A stretch of 63,885 bases of DNA, filler included, from Octopus bimaculoides (taxonomy: Eukaryota): NCBI RefSeq assembly GCF_001194135.2. It is 7 parts of 7 records of this genome, joined end to end, with 100 filler letters (N's around TTAATTAATTAA, not from the genome) between each part and the next. Parts side by side here need not be neighbours in the genome. Positions count along the whole stretch, not along the records: positions 29,112 to 38,710 come from NC_068996.1; positions 38,811 to 53,138 come from NC_068988.1; 5 more parts are not named here. The stretch is one strand, 5' to 3'. Position numbers and translations under genes: made by a program. This document shows positions 36,553-49,930 of this stretch, piece after piece. Positions within the stretch are counted from its first letter, which is position 1; every line of letters starts with the position of its first letter. Below the pieces are notes generated by a model. It was not told the DNA's origin, did no database searches, and saw only the letters and a list, made by a program, of their open reading frames with translations.

Positions 36553-36704
36553 ATATATCCATTATGGCTGATCTTACTGATTGGTTTCATTCCATAATTA
36601 CCAACTCTGAAGAGCACACGGTTATGTAATTGGACTGTTACCTAACAGTCAACTGAATCCCTAGTGCGAAACCAATCAGGAAGATCAGTCATAATGGGAT
36701 ATAT
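36553..36704 (+). ncRNA. Hammerhead motif with enlarged helix II, inside a 36-bp inverted repeat
   Basis: CTGAAGA(36607)-GCAC..GACTGTT-ACCT-AACAGTC..GTGC-GAAAC-CAATCA-GGA-AGAT; the inverted copy at 36553-36588 preserves the triplet as GTA. Confidence 0.55.
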
Positions 36705-37034
36705 ATATTCTGTTATACTTGTTTCAGTCATTTGACTGTGGCCCTGCTGGAGCACCATGAATATACATAATATATATATATTAATATGAATAGTAACCAT
36801 TGTTGTCATTGTCGAGGGATGTGGTGATTCACAAATGCAACATTATGAGTAGAAAAATTTTGATCAACTAAAATTATTTATGCACTTAGTAGACAAAAAC
36901 TTCCTCCTCTAGACATTTTAAAAATCTAACAACAAATAAGGGAGATAACTTCAATAATAACAGTTCTCTGAAATTTTGGAGTAAATTTGGTCAACAGGTA
37001 TATTATACTCTGCTGACAAGACTAAAATTAATCA

Positions 37035-37082
<48 letters not shown>

Positions 37083-37929
37083 ACAAATACTGTCAATAAC
37101 TGGAGCAAATACACAATGCTACAAAGATTATTCATTTGTGTCAGTGTATATGATTGTTATGAAAGAACAAAAGTATTTAATAATGAATTTGTATTCAATA
37201 ATGAGCAGTCAGCATACATATTTGTATTCAATAATAAGACTAGTTACATTATAGAGAAAGCTGATGACAGTAACACAATAGAAACCCTATTAGCCAACTA
37301 TGCCAATATTTCTTTTTATTTTATCAAATGGTTTTGATATATTAAATGATAAAGACATGTTATGTTCCATGGCAAACAGCTAGTACAAGGGAGATAATCA
37401 TTTCTTCATAAAGTTTGGTGGGATTAGAAGTTAAAATTTGAAATTAAGGAACAAGGCAAGTATGAAGAATACACATATTTAATTTTTTGTTTTTTTGCCA
37501 CATAAAAAAAAACATCTATGCTGGTGTCATATAAAAAAAGCACCAAGTACACTTTGTAAAGTGGTTAACATTACCAAGGGCACCTAACCATAGAAACCTT
37601 GCCAAAACAAACAACTGGAGCCTGGTGCAGCTCTTTGGGTTACTAGATCTTGTCAAACTGTCCAACTCATGCGAGCATGAAACTGGAACTTAATTGATGA
37701 TGATAAGGAGAAGGAGAAAGAGGAGGAGGAGGAGGAGGAGGAGGTTCTCTAAGCAATGTCTAATCATACATAGTTCTATTTCATTCTTTTAAAGAAATTA
37801 TCAGTATGACATAACCTGAGATATATTAAGTAGATACAATATGAAATGATATACAGAGTATATGATTTAAACAATATGTTTTAAAAATAAGTTGCTAGAT
37901 CCTACATATCGGCTATTCAAAACATTATA

Positions 37930-38460
37930 TATAGAGTAGGTGTGAGAAGAGGTCAGATCTGACTGGTTTGAATATAAAGCAGGTAAAACATTTGGGTCCA
38001 ATATGACTGGTTTAAATGCTAAAGAGATATACTTATGTGTATAATCCCTTAGCATCCAGATTATTCTATTAAATGTAATGCTTATTTATTCCCATTGAGT
38101 TGAATCAATCATGCATCATCTTGTAGCTTTGAGATTTCAATGATGTGATTGTTTAGTTTTAGAATGACATTGTAGGGTTGGTGCGAGAAGCTGGTTCTGG
38201 CCAGTAAAACAGGTAGATTATCTGGGCTGGATTTGGGTGGTTTAACCCTTTAGCATTCATTCAGATTAATCTATCAAATGTAACGCTTATTTATTCATAT
38301 TGTTTTGAATTAATCATGCATTATCTCATAGAATTGAGATTTTGATGATGTAACTGTTTAGATTTAAAATGACATTGTAGGGTAGGTTTGAGAGGCTGGA
38401 TCTGGCCAGTTTGAACATAAAACAAATAGAATATTTGGGTTGGATATGTCTAAAGGGATA
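37930..38460. mobile_element. Tandem TTAA-CCC..GGG-type MITEs
   Basis: Repeated units starting ccctttagcat(c/t) and ending atg(c)taaaggg; a 3' part of this family also lies at 6262-6388, about 20 nt upstream of the 6411 acceptor. Confidence 0.5.
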
Positions 38461-38478
38461 TATATATATATATATTAT

Positions 38479-38710
38479 ACAAATAATTACAGAGGCATCA
38501 AGCTGTTAGATCAGGTTATGAAAGTTACAGAGAGGGTCATAGCCCAACTAATTAGGGAGCGAATCAATTTAGATGAGATGCAGTTTGGGTTCGTGCCAGG
38601 TAAAAGCACTACTGATGCCTTATTTCTAGTGAGACAGTTGCAGGAGAAATACCTAGCTAAGGATAAACCTCTGTACCTGGCTTTCGTTGACATGGAGAAA
38701 GCCTTTGACA
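38479..38710 (+). mobile_element. RTE-type non-LTR reverse transcriptase fragment
   Basis: NNYRGIKLLDQVMKVTERVI..QFGFVPGKSTTDALFLVRQLQEKYLAKDKPLYLAFVDMEKAFD (non-LTR RT domains 1-3); stop-free until the spacer. Confidence 0.92.
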
Positions 38711-38816
38711 NNNNNNNNNNNNNNNNNNNNNNNNNNNNNNNNNNNNNNNNNNNNTTAATTAATTAANNNNNNNNNNNNNNNNNNNNNNNNNNNNNNNNNN
38801 NNNNNNNNNNTGTAGA

Positions 38817-39690
38817 GTACGGTGAATAAATTACGCAAAAATAAAAATAACACTGACATCTCATTTTAGCAGATATATTTAACAAAATAACATAAAAATA
38901 TCTCGAAATATTAATGAGCAAATCTAGTCAATTATATCGCCATTGCCTTCGGTCACGGCCTCCAGACAACTTCGGAATCTCTTGCAACTCTTCTGGACGG
39001 TCGACTCGATTAAGTTGGTGTTTGCTGCCATAATCCTTGTTTTCAGTTAATCTCTGGTATTACAAGGAGTCTTTATGGTCTCTTGCTCGACTCCGACCCG
39101 CACATAATAATCAACAGGGATGTAGTCTGGGGCGTGAGGTGGCCAGATGTTAGGGGTAATGTGGTCACAGAAATTGTCTGACAGCTATGACTGGATTCTC
39201 CTGATTGTGTAGCATGGTACAAAGTCATGTTGCTAGACATAGGGTCTTCTAGCAGCCACGCTCTTGATCAAGGATAGCACTACTTCCTCCAGTCACTTGA
39301 TGTAGGCCTTCGTGTTGAGTATGAGACCGTGTGGGAAGAAGAATGGTGGCATAAAGTCTCCATCACTAGTGATCACTCCAAACACCATGATGTTGACTGG
39401 ATATTTGATTTCTATCTCTGTCGGTACATGTTCTTAGATTGCACTGTCTCCGATTGACACCCAAACACTCTGAAATGTTCGTATAGGAGATTCCGGTGCG
39501 AATTCCAAGAAACACAGCATGTCGTTTCCAAATTTCTGGCAGAGTGAATTGTGTTATGGTGGTGTGGTCCTCACAGACGATGCACAATGGACCTTACTAT
39601 ACTGTGTAGTCAGCAAAATCAAGAACAAACAAGGCGCATGCGTGAAATAAAAATTATAAAACTGCGACAATTTACCCATCGCACATATTT
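38817..39690 (-). mobile_element. Degenerate, internally deleted DD37D (maT)-like transposon
   Basis: Minus-strand remnants EIWKRHAVFLGIR, IKYPVNIMVFGVITSDGDFMPPFFFPHGL, NIWPPHAPDY, NTRD..RFRSCLEAVTEGNG with stops and frameshifts. Confidence 0.8.
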
Positions 39691-41453
39691 TGTTTTGAAT
39701 ACTAGAAGAGCTCGAATCACAAAACGCAAAACGTTATGAATAATAGCGTATGAATATTCGCTTGAAAATGTTTTGGAAGAGAAAGCGTAGAATGTATATA
39801 TACATCTATATCTACATATATACATATATATACGAGCAAACACATACATACACAGATGTTTAATAGCATATTTAGATAAACTAGAAATGGAAGAGGATAT
39901 TATGGAATGAAACTGTGGATAGAAAATGATGGTAGATGCAGATTTTAATATCTATTGGAAATCGATTCGTCAATAACTACTGCTCTAACTTAAGCCCTCT
40001 GACCATACTTAAACCTGTACAAGCTTCTACATATCTCGAAAAGTTTCATGACTCTGTTTCAGAAATATAAGCATATATATAAAAAGTATAATTTTGGTTT
40101 TACTCATCATCAAAAAGACAAAGATTATGCTAAAACTTCAGTAGTTCAAGCTAGAGATAATGTATGTGAAAGCTATTTTTGAGTTCCTTACATAACATCT
40201 GAAGACACTATTTGAACTTTACTATTGCTAGAATCAAAATATATACTTCAGTTTTCTAAAACAGTATTTAGAACTGTCGGTGTAGCTATTAGATCAGAGC
40301 ATTTCTCTGAATATTGTCAGACGTTATATGGTAAAATTGTAATTAAACCGATACGACCACAAAGATGAAAGGTTCGTTCAGCTTTCATTGAATTCTTGTT
40401 TTTATTTTTTTATTTAGATTTTTATGGCCTACATAAATTTGCAGTACATCTTTTACAAGTATGTGCCATATACACATGAGCATGTGCACATATGTACTCT
40501 TACATATATTTATGCATAAATATAGATATACAACGCGCTCGTGCGTATAGAAATTTATAATCCATCGGTATATTTAAATGTGCATGTATATTTGTATTCA
40601 TGCTCAAACACATGCACTCAGGCACAGACGTACACTTCGATACCTTTACACACTTACGCTCATATATGTATATAAGAGTGAATGGATTTCGGTACATGTT
40701 GTACACATTTATATGTAATAAATGAGTAAAAGAAAAACAACCATATATCGCTTTGGTACTTGATATTGGATAAGTAGGTATGCCGCGGGGAGAAAAAAAA
40801 AGCACACGTTTCTAGATAGACTCATCGTCTAATTAATAAACAATTTTTTCTTGGAAGATTTCCGATTTCAATCAGAATGTATTTTCCGACTACGAAAAGA
40901 GATGGGAGCAAAGCGCGGATAAGGATAGAAAGGCGGTCTAGGTAATATACAGAAATATATGACAAACTGCGTGGAAGGTGAGTAACTGTTAAGAATGACG
41001 AAGTGATGTATTTTGAGAGAGCATGTAAGTGTGTACATAAAACTGCAATTTATTTTATGTTAGGTTCTTTAAAAAGATTGATATTCTTATATATTTCTGA
41101 TATACACTTATTAATTTAAATTAAATGTTCCCTTCTTCGTGTGCGTTAGTGGTATTAATCTTTAGTTATGACATCAATCTATTTTCAAACAAATTTTCAT
41201 GACTTTCAGGTATTAGGTTCGAAGGTGACCTTAATCAACTCTTTCATATATGAACCTGCACTTAGTTGTGTGTCTATCACAATCAGTTTTCAGTTACGTG
41301 TTTCAGGATACCATTCCACTCCACTGCTTCTTGGACAGCTGTCGTCAACCAGAGCCTCGTCTTCAGTCAATTCATATTATTAAATGTAGAGAAGTAGAGA
41401 GTGTAGAGAAAACCGTCAAACTGTTCTTTGGTGATGTCTAACTATATCTATGA

Positions 41454-41505
<52 letters not shown>

Positions 41506-42552
41506 ATACGTATAAATACACACACACACGTATACACATAAGCGTTTATACACACACACACACGCATACACGCACACAACTCAGCGCCGAGTTTGACAAG
41601 CTGAAGTCATAATTGTATTCCTTTAGCGTTGTAAATATTTGCACAAGGACTCCCGTCGGCTGATAAACAACGAATTAGTAAATTGAAGTTTCGTTCCCCA
41701 GCCACCATCCTGTACGAGTTTGTAATTTACGCATAACTGTTGTGCTGCCCTTTTTTCCTAGGACTAAACCAGAGAAAAGAAAGACAATTGGACAGGAAAC
41801 CGAAAGAAATACTTTGAAACATGAAAGATAGAACCAACAATGCTGCCTGTACTAACATTATAAATTGACGCGATCAGTATCTATGGTGATACTATAATGA
41901 TCATCATTCTCCAGCAACGTCTATCGATTTCATTTCTTAGCACGTTATATTCACCAACTGCTGAGCTGCGAAAACCGAGTAGAATACAAGTTGATTATTT
42001 CAAATATGGTAGACTTATTCTTATTGACTATCAATGGTTTAAAATGTTGAAACGTACGTCTCTTTCATGAAAGTTGGCATTAGTACTGCGTGGAAATTTC
42101 TTCTATAGAATTATTCGTGAAGTACAGACGAATTGCTCTCTGAAAGAAACCGATATTAGATGAACTACTAACCTATGAAGGAGAGATTTCAATGTGTCTC
42201 AGATGTAAATCTATTACAAGTGAATGAGTGCTTCTTTATTTTCTTTTTATTAATTGGAAATATCTGAAGTACTTCCAGGAATTCAGTATATCTGAATTTT
42301 ATGCTACATAATGGAACTGTGCTGAAGAATTAGCATAGATGTACATTGTCTCACAAACTCACTCATATATATATATAGCACCCGTATACATTAGTTTGCA
42401 AATATACAGAAATAAAAAGCTATACTAAGCAAGAAAACTAAATGACAGATTCCAAAATAGTCTACATAATAATGATGATGATGATGATAATAATAATAAT
42501 AATAATAGTAATAATGATAATAATAATAATAATAATGATAATAATAATAATT

Positions 42553-42591
<39 letters not shown>

Positions 42592-44245
42592 TGGATATTC
42601 CATTGTTGATGAAAAGTACTAGTTTCGGCAGAAAATGGCTCTTTGTGTAAAATTTCTTATACCAGCTTGATATATTGCTTTAAAATAAAACGAATGCAAG
42701 CAGTTTTTTTTTTGTCCTCTGTTTCAATTGTTTGCTATGTTCTCATTAGCTGTTATATTTACAGTGTTTCTGTGTCTGCGTGTTCAATTAGATATTTTAT
42801 TGTGTGTATGTGTATGTGTGTACGTGTGTGAGTGTGTGTATGTGCATGTACGTTTGTGTATGCATGTGCATGTGTGTGTGGATGTGCTTGAAGTGTTTGA
42901 CAGACGTATTGCAGACGTGTTTTAATGATTATGATATGGTTGAATGTTTCATAAGTGTGTGCGTGTATATGTGTGTTTTGATTGTTGCTCTGATTATCTG
43001 TTGTGTATTTGTGAGTATTTTCCATGACAGCAGAGGCGTCGTTGCGTTGACGAATATGTGAACTTTATTAAAGATAGCAGGAATGATCGTATAATCAGAC
43101 ACATCAAACCAACAAAAACTGAAGTAGAAGAAATCAATTTAAAATCATATTTAAAAACTCACTAATAATACTAACAAAAATCCTTTATTAGCATTTTGTC
43201 TCAAACAACAGCCATCAGTAAGTATCTATTCCTAAGGACCCGAGAATTTGGAAAATTGCACACCACAGCTTGCATATAATAATGCATGCTAGATAATCAG
43301 AAAATCGATTATCCTCTTTCATGGCAGCAAGTGGATGTGTGGATATGGTAAATCTAACTTTGATGTAAGCACGGCTGTTGGAAATTTCGTGGACTAGTTA
43401 AAACTATCTGGAATATACAGTCCAAACTTAATTCACAATAAGTTCCCTTTAGTTAAAGGAAACATTTATACACAGACGATTAACTCCCAAGAAAAGAAAA
43501 GGGCAACAGACATATAAACTAAGCGAAGACAATGTAAATGCCCCCCCCCCTCCATAACGAAGTTAGCCTGTGATAGGTAGGAATCTCAAATGTTTAATTC
43601 CTTGGATGTAATATTCAACTTTGGCGAAAGTTCTTCATCGTACATAAAATTAAATGGGTTATCCAAAACACCTTCAGATGATTTTTAGAAGTTTTAAAAT
43701 GTTAGAAAACATTTCAATAAACAATTCTCGACAATCCCTATGGCGAAGTATCATTGTGCAGAATAGTTAATATATGCTAAACCTTTGGTTCCAAAGAAAC
43801 TATCAAATAGTATAGGCACACACGAAACCTAATTACAAGCGAAAAGAAGGACCACATGGAGTAATCTTCTATATTGCATCTGTCTAAACACAAAGATAAG
43901 CGAAATAAGCTTTCGTCTTTTAGGAATCCATCGTGGCAAAACGAGTGATAAAAATTTTAATGTATAACATGTTGTAAATTTTATGAATATGTTGGAAACC
44001 AATGTGAAGACCATGTTAGTATTCTTTATTTATAAATTGAAGTCTGACTTAAACCATCAAAAATTTCACAAAATATGAGATACGACTACCACTCTCAAAG
44101 AATATATTCAGTAAGTACCTGAAAGATAAAAACTAGAGCGATTATCACATCTAACATTAACGGAATAACATAAATTCTCTATCTATCCAACTCTCTCTCA
44201 TTCTCTCTCTCTCTCTCTTTCTACACACACACCAACACACACACA

Positions 44246-44299
<54 letters not shown>

Positions 44300-44340
44300 C
44301 ATCATCAGCATTATCATCATCATCATCATCATATACATAA

Positions 44341-44536
44341 TATTGCTACCTCGACCTTAGCGAAGACGGAGGTATTGTTTTCAGTTGTGTTTGTTTGTTC
44401 GACCGTGGACAAGATATCTCAAAAACCGCTTGATGGATTCGACTGAAACTTTCAGGGACTGTTGGCCTCGTGATTGGCACGAACTGATTATATTTGGGGA
44501 TCGATCTGGTACCGGACATCTAGTCTCGATTATTTT
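44341..44536 (+). mobile_element. Helentron/HINE-like non-autonomous element 5' part
   Basis: tattgctacctcgacc..ggaggtattgttttc..gtttgtttg..aagatatctcaaaaacc..gatggatt..gaaactt layout resembles HINE/DINE-1-like elements; truncated by gap. Confidence 0.55.
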
Positions 44537-46851
44537 NNNNNNNNNNNNNNNNNNNNNNNNNNNNNNNNNNNNNNNNNNNNNNNNNNNNNNNNNNNNNNNN
44601 NNNNNNNNNNNNNNNNNNNNNNNNNNNNNNNNNNNNNNNNNNNNNNNNNNNNNNNNNNNNNNNNNNNNNNNNNNNNNNNNNNNNNNNNNNNNNNNNNNNN
44701 NNNNNNNNNNNNNNNNNNNNNNNNNNNNNNNNNNNNNNNNNNNNNNNNNNNNNNNNNNNNNNNNNNNNNNNNNNNNNNNNNNNNNNNNNNNNNNNNNNNN
44801 NNNNNNNNNNNNNNNNNNNNNNNNNNNNNNNNNNNNNNNNNNNNNNNNNNNNNNNNNNNNNNNNNNNNNNNNNNNNNNNNNNNNNNNNNNNNNNNNNNNN
44901 NNNNNNNNNNNNNNNNNNNNNNNNNNNNNNNNNNNNNNNNNNNNNNNNNNNNNNNNNNNNNNNNNNNNNNNNNNNNNNNNNNNNNNNNNNNNNNNNNNNN
45001 NNNNNNNNNNNNNNNNNNNNNNNNNNNNNNNNNNNNNNNNNNNNNNNNNNNNNNNNNNNNNNNNNNNNNNNNNNNNNNNNNNNNNNNNNNNNNNNNNNNN
45101 NNNNNNNNNNNNNNNNNNNNNNNNNNNNNNNNNNNNNNNNNNNNNNNNNNNNNNNNNNNNNNNNNNNNNNNNNNNNNNNNNNNNNNNNNNNNNNNNNNNN
45201 NNNNNNNNNNNNNNNNNNNNNNNNNNNNNNNNNNNNNNNNNNNNNNNNNNNNNNNNNNNNNNNNTATATATATATATATATATATATATATGTAAAATCC
45301 ATTGTGACTAGAAATGAAAAAACCCTCCGATAGTCAGATGGATCACGTGATCACCTGATGTGTGCGTGTGTGTGTGTAATCATGGATGAGGAAAAATTAA
45401 GAAAATTCTATATCAACAAAATTCATAATAAGGAATGGTCAAAGAATATGAGATACAAAATTTTTAGCAGCTATCGGTATTTAGGCAAAAATTGTATTGT
45501 ACTTCTTATAAAATTAGTTACTCTTAGATAAAATCCCATGTTATACAGAAGTAAAAACTCTCTACAACCACTGGAAAGCCTATCGATTATGAAACATCAA
45601 AACAATATTGAATAAGTTTATAGACTTGATCTATTCATACCATCGCATGCGTTGGTGCCTCCTAGAAATCATCACAATATCTAAATAAGGGTAAAAAGGA
45701 GACCCATATAATGGATTTCTTTTCAGTTAAGTGAACTGTCATTTACAGGAATCCTGTGAGCCTTGCCAAATAACTTAATGTTCTATAATTTAATAAAATA
45801 TGATCTCCGATATGCTTTTAAGATAGGACTTAGATGTCCCAAAACGAAAAAAAAAAAACCCAGAAAAAGTTGCATCCTCCTTTTTTAATAGATTCACATA
45901 GCAACAACCGTCATGTTATCACGTATATGAAAAGGCATAAAAGCATATCCATAACAATGGGTTCACAGAAATACATCTCCAGATAAGCAAAATAACCCCC
46001 CCCATACACATACATACATACACATACACACACGCAAAGTATACAAGAACACAAACATCGAACCGTACAAACGAATACGCTAAAGATGCGCATATAGACA
46101 CAGTAAAAATTTCATCAGAATACACACACACACACACACAGATATTTTGCAAACCTCGAAAGAACACAATGATATAAGGCATATGAAAAGGCATGTCCTT
46201 AATCACAAACGCCAAAAGAAGACTGTTTTCCTTCCATCCCTTTTAAAAAAATGAAGTCAAAATAAAATGGTTTTTCTCTAATATTGTTATAATTAAAAGC
46301 AGGCTAACTGACGATGATAACGTTGATAATGATAATTTAAAATGCTAAAGATAATACTGGTGGTGTCGTTGCTGCTGCTGCTGCTGCTACTGCTGTTGAT
46401 ACTACTACTGCTGCTGCTGATGATGATAAACCTTTAGTTTGCTGGTTACTCTTGGGAGATTAATTCATTGCTGCATGTCCTGTAAATATCTCTCCCAGGT
46501 ATTCTTTCAGAGTAAAAGCAGCAGAGCGCAGCCTAGTAACAGTGTTCCAATACGCGTTTTCTCATTCTTAATATAACCTCCAGCGATATAATCAATAATT
46601 TTTATCCCGAGAGAGGGTGGCCAGATCCCCAGCTGGGGCCTAATGGCTAGATATGCAAACAAACGATTAGAAGTTCAAAGGTTTCGATATTTAGAAAGGC
46701 GAGGGGCGTTGTACCTTTAAGAAAGACAGTTGATTTCGCGATACTCCAACCTAATCAGTTGAAATAACAGCCAGTCGTGTGTTGATGCAGATCTCACCCC
46801 CTACGCCAGTTTCGTCATCGCTGTTCCATGGTGTATACTTCCTAGATGTAT

Positions 46852-46893
<42 letters not shown>

Positions 46894-47347
46894 TCAGTAA
46901 ATAGTGGGGTTGTGTTAACCGCACGTAGAGAAATAATAGGAATANNNNNNNNNNNNNNNNNNNNNNNNNNNNNNNNNNNNNNNNNNNNNNNNNNNNNNNN
47001 NNNNNNNNNNNNNNNNNNNNNNNNNNNNNNNNNNNNNNNNNNNNNNNNNNNNNNNNNNNNNNNNNNNNNNNNNNNNNNNNNNNNNNNNNNNNNNNNNNNN
47101 NNNNNNNNNNNNNNNNNNNNNNNNNNNNNNNNNNNNNNNNNNNNNNNNNNNNNNNNNNNNNNNNNNNNNNNNNNNNNNNNNNNNNNNNNNNNNNNNNNNN
47201 NNNNNNNNNNNNNNNNNNNNNNNNNNNNNNNNNNNNNNTATATATATATATATATATAGGAGAATATACAAATAATAACAACAGACGAGGACAGGTGGTG
47301 TAAATAACAAAAGTATATATTAGTATGACGCTCGGGAATACGGAAAG

Positions 47348-47384
47348 TCTTTGACGTTTCGAGCTACGCTCTTCAACAGAAAGA
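47348..47384 (-). ncRNA. Minimal type I hammerhead ribozyme motif (Penelope-type), CUGUUGA core variant
   Basis: Minus strand TCTTT-CTGTTGA-A-GAGC-GTA-GCTC-GAAAC-GTC-AAAGA: perfect 5-bp helix I, 4-bp helix II, palindromic ACGU helix III, GUC triplet. Confidence 0.75.
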
Positions 47385-47409
47385 ATACGGAGACAAAGAG
47401 AAAATATAT

Positions 47410-48345
47410 ATTCAGCTGTGGGACAAAATAATGGAAACGCCTTAAAATTTCAAGCATATTTATTTTAATATGGGGTAGGTCGGCCTCTGGCAGTAATTAC
47501 AACATGAATTCTACGAGGTATGGTTCTCGTACAAAGTTTGAATTGTTTCCAAAGGAATTTATTGTCCATTCTTCAGATAAAACAGTCTCCAGTTCTTGTA
47601 GTGGTGATCGTGGAGGATATCGACTCCTTATTGGTTTTCTAAAATGCTCCATAAATGTTCAATAATACTGTAGTGGCGAGATAATATGTTCAACTTCTCT
47701 AGAATGTTCCTCGAGCTTTTCAGTAACTACCTTATTCAGTAACAACTTTAACTGTATAAAGTGGTGCATTATCGTCCTCAAAAATTGTGTTTCCCTCTGG
47801 AAACAGTTCCGCAGCTATAGGAAGAATTTGGTCAGATAAAATGCTTAAACAGTCTTGACTGTTAATTCTGCCATGAAGGGAAACCATTGGACAGGCGGAT
47901 TTCCAAGATATAGCCCCCGAGATCATCACAGATCCTTCTTCATGTTTAACTGTTGGAAGAATGCAGTCTGGGCCAAATTCCTTCTTTTGGCCGTCTCCAC
48001 ACGTATATTCGGTTGGTGGTCGGAAATAAGGTAAAGGATGACTTGTCCGAGAAAATAACATTCTTCCACTGCTGTAGGGCCTTTTGTATAGTATTTTACT
48101 GCACTCTAAATGCTTTGCAACGTTTATTTTTGAAAGTATTGGCTTTCTGATTGCAGCCCCGAGGGGGCTAATCGATTACATTAATTTGAAAGGATGCTCT
48201 CTACTTTTGTAGAGTACCAGTTGTTTTGTTAAACAAGAATATCGTTGACAGTTACTCCATAGTTTCTTCCAGTTCAGCTATCGCCCGATGATGCCTTTCA
48301 TGGCCGCAAATTCAACGTTACTGTCAACAATATTCTGCATGTGTG
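47410..48345 (-). mobile_element. Degenerate Tc1 (DD34E) transposon
   Basis: Minus-strand QWKNVIFSDKSSFTLF, PTVKHEEGSVMISGAISW, IFEDDNAPLY, RSRYPP..LQELETVLSEEW; TIR-like cagctgtgggacaaaataatggaaac at about 47412. Confidence 0.88.
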
Positions 48346-49339
48346 TGTATACACAAATACATACATAAATACACCGATTCATCCACGGGTATATGTAAAC
48401 AGAACAGATTAACTAGCACCAATTGCATTATATTTTGACATGGCAGTCATCAACTGACGTTGTCTTAAGCAGCAAGTAATTGGGTTAAATATAATACACT
48501 GTAATGTAGACGTAGGCGGATGTACGAGCGGAATTTGATGCTGCTCTCTATTTATCTCTACCTGTCACTGTACTCCTCGTATTAGTTGTCTGACAGTCTC
48601 TTTGACTATTAGCCTTTCCGTCTGTTTGTCTACCTTGCTCTTCCCTCTCCTCTCTATCCCTCTTTTACATTATTAATTTACATTATTAATTGACAAAATC
48701 AAATTACATTTTTGTTCTATTGTATGCATATGTAATGCTCTACCTCACACTATCTACTATTTTCTCCGTTATATATTAGCACAAGGCTTAGTGTGCCAAA
48801 TATCGTTCGTTGAAGTCCACTTTATTGTACCAGATAAGAACATAAAGTTGAAGGAGCAGATCACAATTGTAGACGTTTATATGATCACTAAATGTTAAAC
48901 ACAAAACAAACACTTATCACCTTGGTGGTATTTAATGTCTGCATTCACTCCCATTCATATTAAAGTATCGATAACATCTGCTTCGAATTTAGTTGTCAGA
49001 AATACTTTGTACCAAAGGATAACAATCTAATTAGAGAAACTTGGCATTTTTTTCTTGTACTATTATAGTATTTATAGTACAAATATTTACCTCTCGGTAG
49101 ATTAATTAGGTTTTCTCATTGTTTTTATTTAGCTTAATATCTGTTCTCTACATTTCTTTCTCTCGATCAATGGAAACCGGGAATATCTCAGCACTTTAAT
49201 TTAATCAGCTTATGCAAGACTAGCCAGCAATATAGTATAGAGTGTAATATTTCAGTCTGTCGATTACACGCGAAGATTTTAATTTCAGTCCAGACAAAGT
49301 GTTTCTAAAAATTAAAAAGTATCAACTAGATTATTGCTT

Positions 49340-49930
49340 AGACATAACAGTTTATTCAAAGTCGCTTAGCTCAGCTTCCAGCACAGCCTCAACACGGCTG
49401 CAGAACCTGGCGCGTGTGTTCCTCGCTATGTCCGTGAGAAAATCTTTGAACACTTCCTTCATCTTTGCCAGCAGCTCGGCCTTGGTGTTGCAGGCAGAGC
49501 AGTTGACTTATTAAAATAAAGGGGATTAAGAGGCCTAAAATTGGGGCTGCTGAAATTGTAGAAATTCTTCGGAAACCTAATTTGACTTCCTCCGGAAATA
49601 TGCCAAGGAACTTAATACTGCTTCCACACAAATATAGCCTGCTAGCAGCAACGCTCTCCAGTCAGAGATTAACCATAATCTGTAGCAGTTCCACATAGCC
49701 GTCTGAACTGAAACTATGACTCTGATTAAAGATGTGGGTATGAATTCCGGCGTGCGTGCAAACGCAATCAGAACGGCAGTTGTATCCTTTCCTGTTGGCT
49801 ACTGCTTCGTGGGTTTCGTTGTATTAGTCAATGCCTGGTCTTGCAGCGTTTACAGGGTTCACAGAGCAACGTGCAGCAGCCATATAGCTAGCGTTTTGAC
49901 ACGAATCATCATAGTACAAGTAACTTTTCC
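49340..49930 (-). mobile_element. Second internally deleted DD37D (maT)-like relic
   Basis: N-terminal EAVANRKGYNCRSDC..RTPEFI joined to C-terminal NTKAELLAKMKEVFKDF..RFCSRVEAVLEA. Confidence 0.65.

Noticed and set aside
42391-42603. Poly-D/Y/H protein
   Set aside because: Mixed (GAT)/(AAT)/(CAT) microsatellite.
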